In this document: piece after piece, positions 49,551-58,658 of the stretch
Layout: each line of letters begins with the position of its first letter
Position numbering within the stretch: the stretch's first letter is position 1
From: Candidatus Altiarchaeota archaeon
Lineage (GTDB): Archaea; Altiarchaeota; Altiarchaeia; IMC4; QMZM01
DNA: 64,000 nucleotides
Direction: 5' to 3'
Assembly (NCBI GenBank): GCA_038891095.1
Contig: JAWAEV010000001.1
Span: 260,468 to 324,467 of the forward strand
Notes under the pieces: model-generated
What the model was told of the DNA's origin: nothing
Database searches by the model: none
The model's input: only the letters and a program-made list of their open reading frames with translations
Translations under genes and position numbers: made by a program

Positions 49551-50255
49551 TTAGGGGCAGTTAACAAAGTAGAACTCTACAAAATCATTATTTTTCATTC
49601 CTAAGGCTTTCCATGTACCATCTGCTAAATCAATCCCTGCCAGATTTTTAACTTTTCTTCCAAAAGTATCTAAACCATTATTATAATTCCAATAAAATGC
49701 TGCGTGTGCTTCAGGTAAGCCTCTTGGTAATGTCGTAAAGGTTTCTCTATCAAAATCCCAATAGTTATCCTTAGTATTCCAAGGCCCAGTGTCTTTAACT
49801 CTTTCGATTACACTCTTACCATTTTTTGGATTTATAACTTTAACGCACTTATTTTTTGCTTTATATGAAGGCAACGCAACAAATCTATCATTCTCCTTGA
49901 TTATATGGCCAGTTGATGTTTTTTTGCCAACTAAACCTTCTCTTGTTGCAAATACTGTAAATGGCTTTGCCATATAACTTACTGTTGGTGTAGTTAAAAT
50001 TTTTCCAGAATAAAAATTTTCTGTTTTTAATTTATTATTTTGTATACTTACTAAATTTGAAGGTTTTTTAGAGATAGTACTTATACTTAACTTTTGTTGA
50101 TTACTGTTGTATAGAACGCTATTTTTATTATTTGCTATTTTTGATATGCTAACTGAAGAAATTGGTAGATTTGAAATTTCAATTTTATCTGCACAACAAA
50201 TTTGTAAAAAATAAAAAACAAAAATTGATATTATAAAAAAACTTATGTTTTTCAT
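49551..50255 (-). CDS. Secreted protein with RlpA/3D-like double-psi beta-barrel domain
   Basis: Signal peptide; VFATREGLVG..TSTGH, FVALPS, KDTGPW and AGIDLADG motifs. Confidence 0.62.
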   Translation of the reverse strand: MKNISFFIISIFVFYFLQICCADKIEISNLPISSVSISKIANNKNSVLYNSNQQKLSISTISKKPSNLVSIQNNKLKTENFYSGKILTTPTVSYMAKPFTVFATREGLVGKKTSTGHIIKENDRFVALPSYKAKNKCVKVINPKNGKSVIERVKDTGPWNTKDNYWDFDRETFTTLPRGLPEAHAAFYWNYNNGLDTFGRKVKNLAGIDLADGTWKALGMKNNDFVEFYFVNCP

Positions 50256-50322
50256 TCTAAATTAAAAATTTTTTATGAATATTATATTAAATTCTATATA
50301 TAAAAATTGATATTATATCTTT

Positions 50323-51246
50323 TCATAAAAAATTTTTGAATAATGCGCATCTGTATGGGTCAGAAGCATTTAGGTTTTTAGTTATGGCATAAGCCCTTGC
50401 TTTACAACCTTTTCCACATATATTCTTTTTTTCACATTTACCGCAAGATTTTTCAAGACCTTCTCTTACTTTCTTTACTACATCTGAATTTAATGATTTT
50501 GAAAGTTCTCCGAAATTAAACGCATTCCCTACAATTAGTTCTCTTAGCATAGGACAAGGAGTTATTTTTCCATCTGCAAGAACAGCAACTCTTGAATAAC
50601 CAACTCCGCATGATGGCATTACAACTTTGTCATTAGAATTTAAAAATTTTTTTATTATTTTAGCATATTCCTTAGCACAAATACCATTGTTAATTGCCCT
50701 TCCTGTCGGGACAACAACATCAACTCTATAGTCAGAAACACCAAATTTCTGTAATAATTTTATCATCTTGTCAATCTCATTTTTATTTTTTTTAGAAAGA
50801 ACTGTGCTAACTCGAACAGGAATTTCAAATGAATTGCAAATTTTTATAGCATTTACCGCTTTTTTAAAAGAACCTCTTATACCACGAATTTCATCATGAA
50901 TTTTGGAAGATACAGCATCTAAACTTATTTGAACATATTTGATAAATTCTCTTTTTTTAGAGATATCTTCTGCAAATTTATAAAAAAAGAAGCCATTTGT
51001 TTCAAGCTCTATTCTCAAGCCCATCTCTGCAGCATAGTTAAAAATTTCAATAAAATTTTTATGCAATGTTGGCTCACCACCAGTTAAAGCGATTCTATTT
51101 CCTCCGATATCTGAAAACTCATTTATAATTCTCAATGCTATGTCTACTGGCATATCAATTCCATTTCTCTTTGAATTTGCATAACAATGTTCACATCTAA
51201 GATTGCATTTGCTTGTTAATTCAAGATCAATTTTTTCAAGTTTCAT
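50323..51246 (-). CDS. Radical SAM/SPASM domain protein
   Basis: CNLRCEHC and TGGEP; SPASM CGVG..DGKITPC..CGKC....ICGKGCKARAY..DPYRC. Confidence 0.92.
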   Translation of the reverse strand: MKLEKIDLELTSKCNLRCEHCYANSKRNGIDMPVDIALRIINEFSDIGGNRIALTGGEPTLHKNFIEIFNYAAEMGLRIELETNGFFFYKFAEDISKKREFIKYVQISLDAVSSKIHDEIRGIRGSFKKAVNAIKICNSFEIPVRVSTVLSKKNKNEIDKMIKLLQKFGVSDYRVDVVVPTGRAINNGICAKEYAKIIKKFLNSNDKVVMPSCGVGYSRVAVLADGKITPCPMLRELIVGNAFNFGELSKSLNSDVVKKVREGLEKSCGKCEKKNICGKGCKARAYAITKNLNASDPYRCALFKNFL

Positions 51247-51270
51247 TTTTTAGGTAAAATTAATAAAAAG

Positions 51271-51303
51271 AAGCCTTAACATTGGCGCCTCATGTTAAGG
51301 CTT
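51271..51303 (-). terminator. Perfect 12-bp stem-loop followed by a U-tract, upstream of the rSAM gene
   Basis: AAGCCTTAACAT-9 nt-ATGTTAAGGCTT; on the minus strand it is followed by CTTTTT. Confidence 0.65.
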
Positions 51304-51314
51304 AAAAATTTTCC

Positions 51315-51353
51315 CTATTTTGGAAGAACTGTTAGGATAACTTTTCTTTCCAT
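51315..51353 (-). CDS. Candidate 12-aa peptide ORF MERKVILTVLPK
   Basis: GAGGTGA RBS spaced 5 nt before the ATG; ends in TAG 11 nt before the hairpin. Confidence 0.4.
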   Translation of the reverse strand: MERKVILTVLPK

Positions 51354-51654
51354 TTTTCTCACCTCGCAAATTTTTATCTTGATGCGAATATGAAAAAAAC
51401 TTTTGCTGAACTGTAGAGAGCATAAGTAGAAGGTAGAGAGCAAAAAAAGAACACAGAACAGCAAAAGTTATAAGTAAATTTATTGCAATAAAATCAAACA
51501 AAATAAAAGCATTATAGATGTAATTATTTTAGAAATTTTAGAATTAAGCCTAAGTGAATTTGAAAGTAGTGCATTTTTATTTGCTTTCTTGGACTTTATT
51601 TCTGACATTTTAATAATGGTATAAAATTAGATTTAGTAGATTAAAAATTAGAAT

Positions 51655-52290
51655 TTATAAAACTCTAACTGGCTCTGACATTGTTCTTTTTATGTATATT
51701 GAAGAAATTTTATCTTCTGGAATTTGCCTTTCAATTGCTATCAAAACTGTATTGAAATTCTCTAAAAGATCATCAGCTGACATATCTTCTGTGCCAATCG
51801 GAACATGAACTGCTAAACCTTTCTTTGATTTTATTCTCACAGAATTTTTATACTTTGAAATAATTTGTTCTAAATCTACATTTGATGGTAAAGGCTGAGG
51901 CATTTTTCCTCTTGTTCCAAGAACAACTCCCCAAAATTTTCCAACAACTGGTAGAAGTTCTGGTTGAGATAGAAACCAATAACATTTACTTGCAATTTTT
52001 CTTATCTTTCGTTTATCTCTTGAGTATTCCTCTATTTCATGTCTGTCAAAAACATAATTGGAAAATTTTTTTGCTTTTAAATTTAAATCACCATCAGCAA
52101 AAACCCCAATTTCAGTTTCTTTCCCTCTGCTTTTTGGTAATTGTACAATAAGATTTAACTTATCTTTTGTTTCCAGATCAACACCATGCTTAAAATTTAC
52201 TATCATTTCAATACTCTGCTTGAATTTGCCTTTCTTTTTTTCTTTTTTCAAAAGTTCTTCCATTTTTTCAGAAATTTTTTTCTTATCCAT
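51655..52290 (-). CDS. rpl1: 50S ribosomal protein L1
   Basis: FKQSIEMIVNFK, LGTRGKMP, HVPIGTEDM and IYIKRTM motifs. Confidence 0.93.
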   Translation of the reverse strand: MDKKKISEKMEELLKKEKKKGKFKQSIEMIVNFKHGVDLETKDKLNLIVQLPKSRGKETEIGVFADGDLNLKAKKFSNYVFDRHEIEEYSRDKRKIRKIASKCYWFLSQPELLPVVGKFWGVVLGTRGKMPQPLPSNVDLEQIISKYKNSVRIKSKKGLAVHVPIGTEDMSADDLLENFNTVLIAIERQIPEDKISSIYIKRTMSEPVRVL

Positions 52291-52291
52291 T

Positions 52292-53032
52292 TTATTTCTT
52301 ATCTTCCTTAACTGCTTTTTCTTTTTGTTGAGATACAACATCTACTGGTAATAACTGCTCATAAATTTGCTTTGGAATTCCTTCTTTCTCTAATCTATCT
52401 ATTATTTGCTCCCTTGTTTTGCCTTGCATCTCATCAATAATTTTCTTTGTTTTTGCTTCAAGTTCTGCTCTTCTTGTTTCAATTTCCTTTCTTAATTTTT
52501 CTCTCTCCTCCTCAAGTTTTTTAAGTTCCTCTTCTGTTAATTCTGTTTTACTTGCCAATATTTTATCTTTGTATTTACCTCTATTTATTTCTTCAATTAT
52601 TTCTCTTGCATTTTTTCCTTCAACAAGTACTCCTAAGGATTGGCAAGTCCCTAAAACTTCTTTAACTTTTGCTATATTATCTTTTCCTAAGAAAGCATCG
52701 CTCTTCATTTTTGCAATTTTTATCACTTGCTCTATTGCTAAATCCGCAACTTTTTCTGTTTTTGGGTTAGATGCGCCTTTTTCTATTCCTGCCTCTTTCT
52801 TTATTAACGCTGATGTTGGAGGTGTACCAACTTCTATAGTATAGCTTTTTGTGTCACTATCAACTATTATCCTAACTGGGACTTTCATTCCAACGAAGTC
52901 TTTTGTCGCATCATTAACAGCTTTTATTACTTCATTTATATTTAAACCTAATGGACCTAACATTGGACCAAGTGGTGGTCCAGGTGATGCTTTACCACCA
53001 TCGATTAATTGCTCTACTATCTCTTTTGTCAT
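52292..53032 (-). CDS. rpl11: 50S ribosomal protein L11 with long C-terminal extension
   Basis: GGKASPGPPLGPMLGPLG and VGTPPTSALIKKE motifs. Confidence 0.95.
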   Translation of the reverse strand: MTKEIVEQLIDGGKASPGPPLGPMLGPLGLNINEVIKAVNDATKDFVGMKVPVRIIVDSDTKSYTIEVGTPPTSALIKKEAGIEKGASNPKTEKVADLAIEQVIKIAKMKSDAFLGKDNIAKVKEVLGTCQSLGVLVEGKNAREIIEEINRGKYKDKILASKTELTEEELKKLEEEREKLRKEIETRRAELEAKTKKIIDEMQGKTREQIIDRLEKEGIPKQIYEQLLPVDVVSQQKEKAVKEDKK

Positions 53033-53034
53033 TT

Positions 53035-53604
53035 TTATTCTTCTTCAATCTCATGAGAGACTTCTTTATTTTCTTCTTCTGTTTTTTGAGAAATTTCAGT
53101 TTCCTCCTCTTTTTTTATTAATTTTATATCATATGCTTTAACAATAACTGGAATTGGAACAGTTGCTTCAATAAGCTCTACAGTAATTTGATTCTTTGTG
53201 GTATCTATCCTAGCAACTCTTGCCTTTTCTCCTTTGAACGGCCCGTTAATCAATTCAACTAAATCTCCTTTGTTAACTCTCTCAACAATTGGTGTTGGTC
53301 TTAGTATTTTTTCTAACTCATCTAAGGTTATAACTCCTGCAGAATCTAAACTTCCTTTCTTTCTTAGTAAAAGTCCCTTTGTATGAGAGATCCCTCTAGC
53401 TAAATTATCAACTGCTCCTGGATTTTCAGCCTCGACTAAAACATAGCCTTTTAGTTCAGGAGCATATAAAATTGAGTAAATCCCACTCTCTGATTCATTA
53501 TTTTTCTTTCTTGCAATTACTTCCTCATACATAAGTTGGGATACGATTTTTTCCTGATTTGTTGTTACTTTAACAATATATATCTTTGTATTTTGCTCTG
53601 ACAT
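53035..53604 (-). CDS. spt5: Transcription elongation factor Spt5 (NusG)
   Basis: LKGYVLVEA and KOW motif GDLVELINGPFKGEKARV. Confidence 0.95.
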   Translation of the reverse strand: MSEQNTKIYIVKVTTNQEKIVSQLMYEEVIARKKNNESESGIYSILYAPELKGYVLVEAENPGAVDNLARGISHTKGLLLRKKGSLDSAGVITLDELEKILRPTPIVERVNKGDLVELINGPFKGEKARVARIDTTKNQITVELIEATVPIPVIVKAYDIKLIKKEEETEISQKTEEENKEVSHEIEEE

Positions 53605-53659
53605 TTTATAGTGAGAGAATTAAGATTTGGTTAAATTAAAATAAAAATAGCGCAGATTT

Positions 53660-53848
53660 TTATTTAATTAAATTTGATATGGTCTTGGATATAAGGAACA
53701 CTAAAAATCCTATAAGACCTATGACAATTATTCCAACACCTGTAATTTTTGCAATTTCAAGGTATTCATATCTTTTTGGTTTTCTTGTTAATCTAAGTAT
53801 CCTTCTAACTTCAAGAAAAATTTCAACTATCTTATTCTTTATACCCAT
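53660..53848 (-). CDS. secE: Protein translocase subunit SecE (Sec61gamma)
   Basis: RRILRLTRKP..EY...AKITGVG...IGLIGF. Confidence 0.93.
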   Translation of the reverse strand: MGIKNKIVEIFLEVRRILRLTRKPKRYEYLEIAKITGVGIIVIGLIGFLVFLISKTISNLIK

Positions 53849-53908
53849 TCTGAGAGATAAAAATAATAGAATTTTAATAAATTTATTGCCTCAGTAGTTA
53901 AGAGGATA

Positions 53909-55069
53909 TTACACATATTTAAGTCCTATGTCTGTAGCATGCTCTGTTTTCCCTTCTTCTATCATCTCTTCAAGTTCCTCTTCATATTTTGGAGTTCTAA
54001 CACCTGAAAGAATGATTAATGTCTTTATTATATTTCTATCTAAAGAATCATCAATTTGTGCTCCCCAGATTATTGCTGCATTTGGTGATATACTTTCAGA
54101 AACGATTCTTACTATTTCCTCTGACTCTTCTAGGGTCATATCTCTTGATCCAATAACATTAACTAATGCTCCAGTTGCTGTACTTATATCTGTATCAAGC
54201 AATGGGGACTTTAATGCTTTTTCAACACTCTCTCTTGAACGATCTTCCATTGGTGTGTCTTTTGTTGATGAACCCATACCAATTAATGCTGTTCCGCCAC
54301 CTGACATTATTGCTTTAACATCTGCAAAATCCAAATTTATCAATCCTGGTTTAGTAACCATTTCTGTAATTCCCTTTACAGCATTTGCAAGCAATTCATC
54401 AGCAACTTTAAATGCTGCATTTAGAGGTAAATTTGGTGCAATTTCTAAAAGTCTATCATTTGGGATAACTATTACAGTATCGGTATATTTTCTCAATTTT
54501 TTCAGTCCCATGAGAGCATTTCTTGCTCTAACTCTGCCTTCAACAGTGAAAGGCAAAGTAACAACACCAATTGTTAGAGCATTTTGCTCTTTAGCGATTT
54601 CTGCAATTACAGGCAATGCTCCTGTACCTGTACCCCCACCAAGGCCACAAGTGACAAAAACCATATCTGCTCCTGTTAGAACTTCTGCTATTTTTTTCGC
54701 ATCTGCTTCTGCACATTTCTCTCCAATCTCTGGATTATTGCCAGCACCAATTCCACCAGTAATTGAAGCACCAATTAAAATTTTTGTAGGTGTTTTTGTA
54801 TACAAAAGATCAAGAGCATCTGTATTTACCGCAATTACATCACCACCATGAATCCCCATCTCCATTAACCTGTCAAGAGTATTTGAACCTGCGCCACCTG
54901 CACCAACAACTTTTATAGCAGTTCTTATACCTTCAACAATTCTCCTAAGCTCTTCATCAGAGTCACCAAACTTTCTTTCCATTTCTCCTGTTGGATTTAA
55001 TTTTTTCTTTTCAGTTTTTTCTTCATCTAAATTCGCTCTATGAATAGCATTCTGAATAATTGCTTCCAT
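53909..55069 (-). CDS. ftsZ: Cell division protein FtsZ
   Basis: GAGGAGSN, GLGGGTGTG and INLDFAD motifs. Confidence 0.97.
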   Translation of the reverse strand: MEAIIQNAIHRANLDEEKTEKKKLNPTGEMERKFGDSDEELRRIVEGIRTAIKVVGAGGAGSNTLDRLMEMGIHGGDVIAVNTDALDLLYTKTPTKILIGASITGGIGAGNNPEIGEKCAEADAKKIAEVLTGADMVFVTCGLGGGTGTGALPVIAEIAKEQNALTIGVVTLPFTVEGRVRARNALMGLKKLRKYTDTVIVIPNDRLLEIAPNLPLNAAFKVADELLANAVKGITEMVTKPGLINLDFADVKAIMSGGGTALIGMGSSTKDTPMEDRSRESVEKALKSPLLDTDISTATGALVNVIGSRDMTLEESEEIVRIVSESISPNAAIIWGAQIDDSLDRNIIKTLIILSGVRTPKYEEELEEMIEEGKTEHATDIGLKYV

Positions 55070-55149
55070 TTTAAATCACCTTTTAAATTCTTAAACAGAA
55101 AAATTTATAGAATATAATATTGATTGCGGGTATAAAAAGTATAAAATTA

Positions 55150-56064
55150 TTAAAATCCTTTGGATGCTAAATCCAAAAGTATCTGCAATTTTTTCTTTGT
55201 TGTTTCTTGGATAAATTGCAATTCTTTCTCTTTTCTTTCAGGTCTAAAAAGATGTCTATATCTGCCCTGAATTTTCAAGTAATCTTCAACCGGTTTTAAA
55301 TTTTCAATACTTGTTGGTAGATTTACAAAATGTTTTCCATTTATAATTTCATATAAAGGAAAAACTCCTGTGAGAACAGCTAACTTTGCTATTTCAACAG
55401 TTTTTTCTGTAGGATAACGCCAACCAGTTGGGCATGGAGCAAAAAGATTTATAAAAGTTGGTCCTTTTGTTTCAACTGCTTTTCTTATTTTTTTAAATGC
55501 ATCTAATGGAAAAGCAATTGATGCCTGAGCTAAATATGCTGAGTTATGCGCTGCCAATATGTGCATTATGTCCTTCTTACATTGCTCTTTTCCTATGGAA
55601 AATTTTCCTGCAGGGGAAGTTGTTGTTGATGCAGCAAAAGGTGTCGCACTACTGCGCTGTACGCCTGTATTCATATAAGCTTCGTTCTCATAACAGATAT
55701 AGCAAAAATTATGGCCTCTTTCAAATGCTCCTGAAAGATGCCCAAAGCCTATATCATAAGTAGCTCCATCACCACCTATAGCAATAACTTTCACATCTTC
55801 TTTTCCCTTAAATTTTAAAGCTTCAGAAATTCCTGATGCTATTGCTGCAGCATTTTCAAAAGCACCGTGAATCCATGGTAATTTCCATGATGTTTCTGGA
55901 TATGGAGTTGATACAACTTCCATACAACCAGTTGCTTCGACTAAGATAGAATTCTTTCCTGCTGCTTTTGTTATTAGCCTAAGTGCTATTGCTGCTCCAC
56001 ATCCAGAACATGCTCTATGCCCTGAAACAAAATATTCCTCTTCTGGTAAGCTAAATATTGCCAT
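55150..56064 (-). CDS. porB: Pyruvate:ferredoxin oxidoreductase beta subunit
   Basis: GHRACSGCG, GGDGATYDIG, NEAYMNTG and PCPTGW motifs. Confidence 0.92.
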   Translation of the reverse strand: MAIFSLPEEEYFVSGHRACSGCGAAIALRLITKAAGKNSILVEATGCMEVVSTPYPETSWKLPWIHGAFENAAAIASGISEALKFKGKEDVKVIAIGGDGATYDIGFGHLSGAFERGHNFCYICYENEAYMNTGVQRSSATPFAASTTTSPAGKFSIGKEQCKKDIMHILAAHNSAYLAQASIAFPLDAFKKIRKAVETKGPTFINLFAPCPTGWRYPTEKTVEIAKLAVLTGVFPLYEIINGKHFVNLPTSIENLKPVEDYLKIQGRYRHLFRPERKEKELQFIQETTKKKLQILLDLASKGF

Positions 56065-56073
56065 TTTAGAATA

Positions 56074-57243
56074 TTAGAATATCCACTCTTGCTTTTTTAC
56101 TTTTCCTTCCTTTACTAATTTATAAATTTTTTCTATATTCCCAAAGGTTATATCTCTACCACCTAAGCCAACTATAAAACTGCTTATTTCTGGTTTTTTT
56201 TCATTATAAAAAGCAGACCTTATTTCATCAAATACCGGAGAATTTGCACCTAAGGAAATTGCTCTTTCAATTACAGCAATTTTTTCCATATCTTTTAAAT
56301 TTTTAACTATTTCTTCCTTTGGAAATGGTCTATAGCATAATATCTTCAAAAGCCCTACTTTCTCACCCTTCTCGCGAAATTTATCTATCATGAATTTTAA
56401 AGTTCCGCATAAAGAGCCAAGAGCAACAAATGCAACTTTAGAATCTTCAAGTTTATATGCTTCAACAACATCATAATTTTTTGGCCTTGAATTTTCTATC
56501 TTAACTGGAAATTTTTCTGAAAATTCTTTAAAGACTTCTTTTATTTTTGTTATAGAATTTTCAATAGCCTTTTGTTGAGAATATTTTATCTCCATAAAAT
56601 GTGAAGGAAAAGCTATTGGTCCAAAAGTCATTGGTTTATCAGGATCAAGATATATTTCTGCTTTATATTCTGGTAGAAATTCATCTATTTCCTCTTGTGC
56701 AGGGATAAACACTGGCTCATAAACATGCGAAAGTGTAAATCCATCTATACAAACCATTGAAGGTAGCAAAATATCTTTGCTCTCAGAAATTTTATATTGC
56801 ATTATTGTAAGGTCAAAAGCCTCTTGTGAAGTTTCAGCATAAAATTGTAACCAGCCAGAATCTCTTACAGAAATAGAATCCTGGTGGTCACCCCAAATAT
56901 TTATCGGTGCTGATAAAGCTCTATTTGCAACTGTCATTCCAATTGGTAAACGCAATCCTGAAACAACAAAAAGAACCTCAAACATTAATGCCAATCCTTG
57001 TGAAGATGTAGAAGTGTAAGTTCTTACTCCTGTAGCTTCTGCACCTAAACAAGCAGATAATGCCGAGAATTCTGACTCAACATTTATATATTTTGCATTA
57101 ATTTCATGATTTGCAACCATCTCTGAAAGTCTTTCAACGATATGAGTCTGCGGTGTTATAGGATAAGCTGCAATAACCCCTGGTTTTATCATCTTAACTG
57201 CTTCTGCTATAGCATGTGAAGTTTCCAAAATTTTTTTAGTCAT
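56074..57243 (-). CDS. porA: Pyruvate:ferredoxin oxidoreductase alpha subunit
   Basis: AYPITPQT, VESE, NRALSAP and GLGGRD motifs. Confidence 0.92.
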   Translation of the reverse strand: MTKKILETSHAIAEAVKMIKPGVIAAYPITPQTHIVERLSEMVANHEINAKYINVESEFSALSACLGAEATGVRTYTSTSSQGLALMFEVLFVVSGLRLPIGMTVANRALSAPINIWGDHQDSISVRDSGWLQFYAETSQEAFDLTIMQYKISESKDILLPSMVCIDGFTLSHVYEPVFIPAQEEIDEFLPEYKAEIYLDPDKPMTFGPIAFPSHFMEIKYSQQKAIENSITKIKEVFKEFSEKFPVKIENSRPKNYDVVEAYKLEDSKVAFVALGSLCGTLKFMIDKFREKGEKVGLLKILCYRPFPKEEIVKNLKDMEKIAVIERAISLGANSPVFDEIRSAFYNEKKPEISSFIVGLGGRDITFGNIEKIYKLVKEGKVKKQEWIF

Positions 57244-57542
57244 TTTTTCTCTTTTATCATAGTTATTGCTTTTTTTGGACACTCATTTGCACAAATTCCA
57301 CAACCTTTACAATAATCTAAATTTGCATCGAATTTCCCATTATTTTTTTTGAAAATACAACCCTCGGGACAAAAAACCCAACAAAGACCGCAAGATATGC
57401 ATTTATCAAAATCAAAAACAGGTCTATATGCTCTCCATGCTCCTGTTTTTGTTATCACTGTTGAACCATTACTTTCCAAAATTCCAGCAAGTGTTATTTC
57501 TTTTTCATTAACATTTATCTTTATTTTTTCAAATTCAGTCAT
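57240..57542 (-). CDS. porD: Pyruvate:ferredoxin oxidoreductase delta subunit
   Basis: TGAWR..RP and two [4Fe-4S] motifs including YCKGCGICANECP. Confidence 0.92.
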   Translation of the reverse strand: MTEFEKIKINVNEKEITLAGILESNGSTVITKTGAWRAYRPVFDFDKCISCGLCWVFCPEGCIFKKNNGKFDANLDYCKGCGICANECPKKAITMIKEKK

Positions 57543-58083
57543 TTTTAGATTTTATAGCTTTCTCATAAGTTTTTTCAACTAATAAAATATTTTTATTTGC
57601 AATCTCTTCTGGAAATTGTTCTTTAATAGCTTTACAAATTGATTCTTTACTTACTAAATTTGTAAAAGCAGAAAATGCTCCTAAAATTCCTGTGTTTACT
57701 ATATCTGCACCTAAAATTTCTAATGCTGAAGAGGAGACATCAACTGTAAAAATTTTTACATTTATATTTTTAAATTCGCTTGGCTTTTTTTCTGTGTTTA
57801 TTATTGCCATACCATTTTCTTTTAAGCCTTCAAATATATTTGATACATAAAACAAAGTTGGGTCCATAACAACCAATATGTCTGGCTCATAAACTGCTGT
57901 TCTCTCTTTTATAAATTTGTCAGAAATTCTTGTGAAAGCCTGTACTGGAGCACCTCGTCTTTCAACACCAAATATTGGAAATGCCTGTGAAAATTTACCA
58001 TCATAGAATGCTGCTATTGCTAAGATTGTTGCAGCAGTAACAGCACCCTGACCACCTCTACCATGAAACCTTATCTCTTTCAA
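57535..58083 (-). CDS. porG: Pyruvate:ferredoxin oxidoreductase gamma subunit
   Basis: EIRFHGRGGQGAVT and FGVERRGAPV; probable TTG start. Confidence 0.92.
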   Translation of the reverse strand: MKEIRFHGRGGQGAVTAATILAIAAFYDGKFSQAFPIFGVERRGAPVQAFTRISDKFIKERTAVYEPDILVVMDPTLFYVSNIFEGLKENGMAIINTEKKPSEFKNINVKIFTVDVSSSALEILGADIVNTGILGAFSAFTNLVSKESICKAIKEQFPEEIANKNILLVEKTYEKAIKSKND

Positions 58084-58153
58084 TTTTTTATGATTGAATA
58101 TTAATATGATTTTAAGTTTAAGTTTAAGCATATATGTAAAGTACAGAAGAAAA

Positions 58154-58417
58154 ATGATAGGCATTATAGCAAATTATCGTGGGAGTAAAAGAACTCAACA
58201 TAAAAGTCAGATTATTGTAATTCCAGAAGGGATAACAAAAAGGGAAGATGCTAAAAAACTCTTAGGTAAAAGAGTTGAATGGATAAGTAAAACAGGTAAA
58301 AAAATTTCAGGAAAAATTTTAAGAGTTCATGGTAATAGAGGTGCAGTAATAGTGAAATTTGAAAGAGGACTTCCAGGACAAGCATTAACAACAAGTGTAG
58401 AAATTTTTGATAAATAA
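58154..58417 (+). CDS. rpl35ae: 50S ribosomal protein L35ae
   Basis: GIIANYRGS and GKILRVHGNRGAVIVKFERGLPGQA motifs. Confidence 0.94.
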   Translation: MIGIIANYRGSKRTQHKSQIIVIPEGITKREDAKKLLGKRVEWISKTGKKISGKILRVHGNRGAVIVKFERGLPGQALTTSVEIFDK

Positions 58418-58418
58418 T

Positions 58419-58552
58419 GCCGCTGTAGCGCAGACTGGGAGCGCAATCGGCTGAAGACCGCAAAATTCAAAAAATTTTTAAAGTTGCAGAATAATTCTTT
58501 TCCATTGCGGTCTGTTACCGATGTGTCGTGGGTTCAAATCCCACCGGCGGCA
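58419..58552 (+). tRNA. tRNA-Phe(GAA) with 60-nt intron (58457-58516) at position 37/38
   Basis: GCCGCTG..ATCGG CT GAA G [intron] A CCGAT..GGTTCAAATCC..CGGCGGC A; BHB-like junction with CCGCAA/TTGCGG helix. Confidence 0.9.
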
Positions 58553-58658
58553 TTTTTCTAATTTAGAGTTAAAGATTTAGCTATAAGAATGCTGCGTCTC
58601 CTTCTGCATTTTTATTTAATTTATAAAACTGAAATGTAATTTTTAACAATTTGGAAAA

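Noticed and set aside
51295-51501. 68-aa hydrophobic ORF as the rSAM precursor peptide
   Set aside because: TTG start without an RBS, and it runs through the RBS of the 12-aa ORF; more likely a pseudogene fragment or chance frame.
53928-54851. 307-aa antisense ORF over ftsZ (similarly 44540-45229 over AMP phosphorylase)
   Set aside because: Antisense frames opened by codon bias of conserved genes; no protein-like features.
58451-58522. Alternative reading of the intron-containing tRNA as tRNA-Asn(GUU) using CTGTTA at the intron 3' end
   Set aside because: It gives only a 6-nt anticodon loop. The BHB geometry and discriminator A fit tRNA-Phe(GAA).
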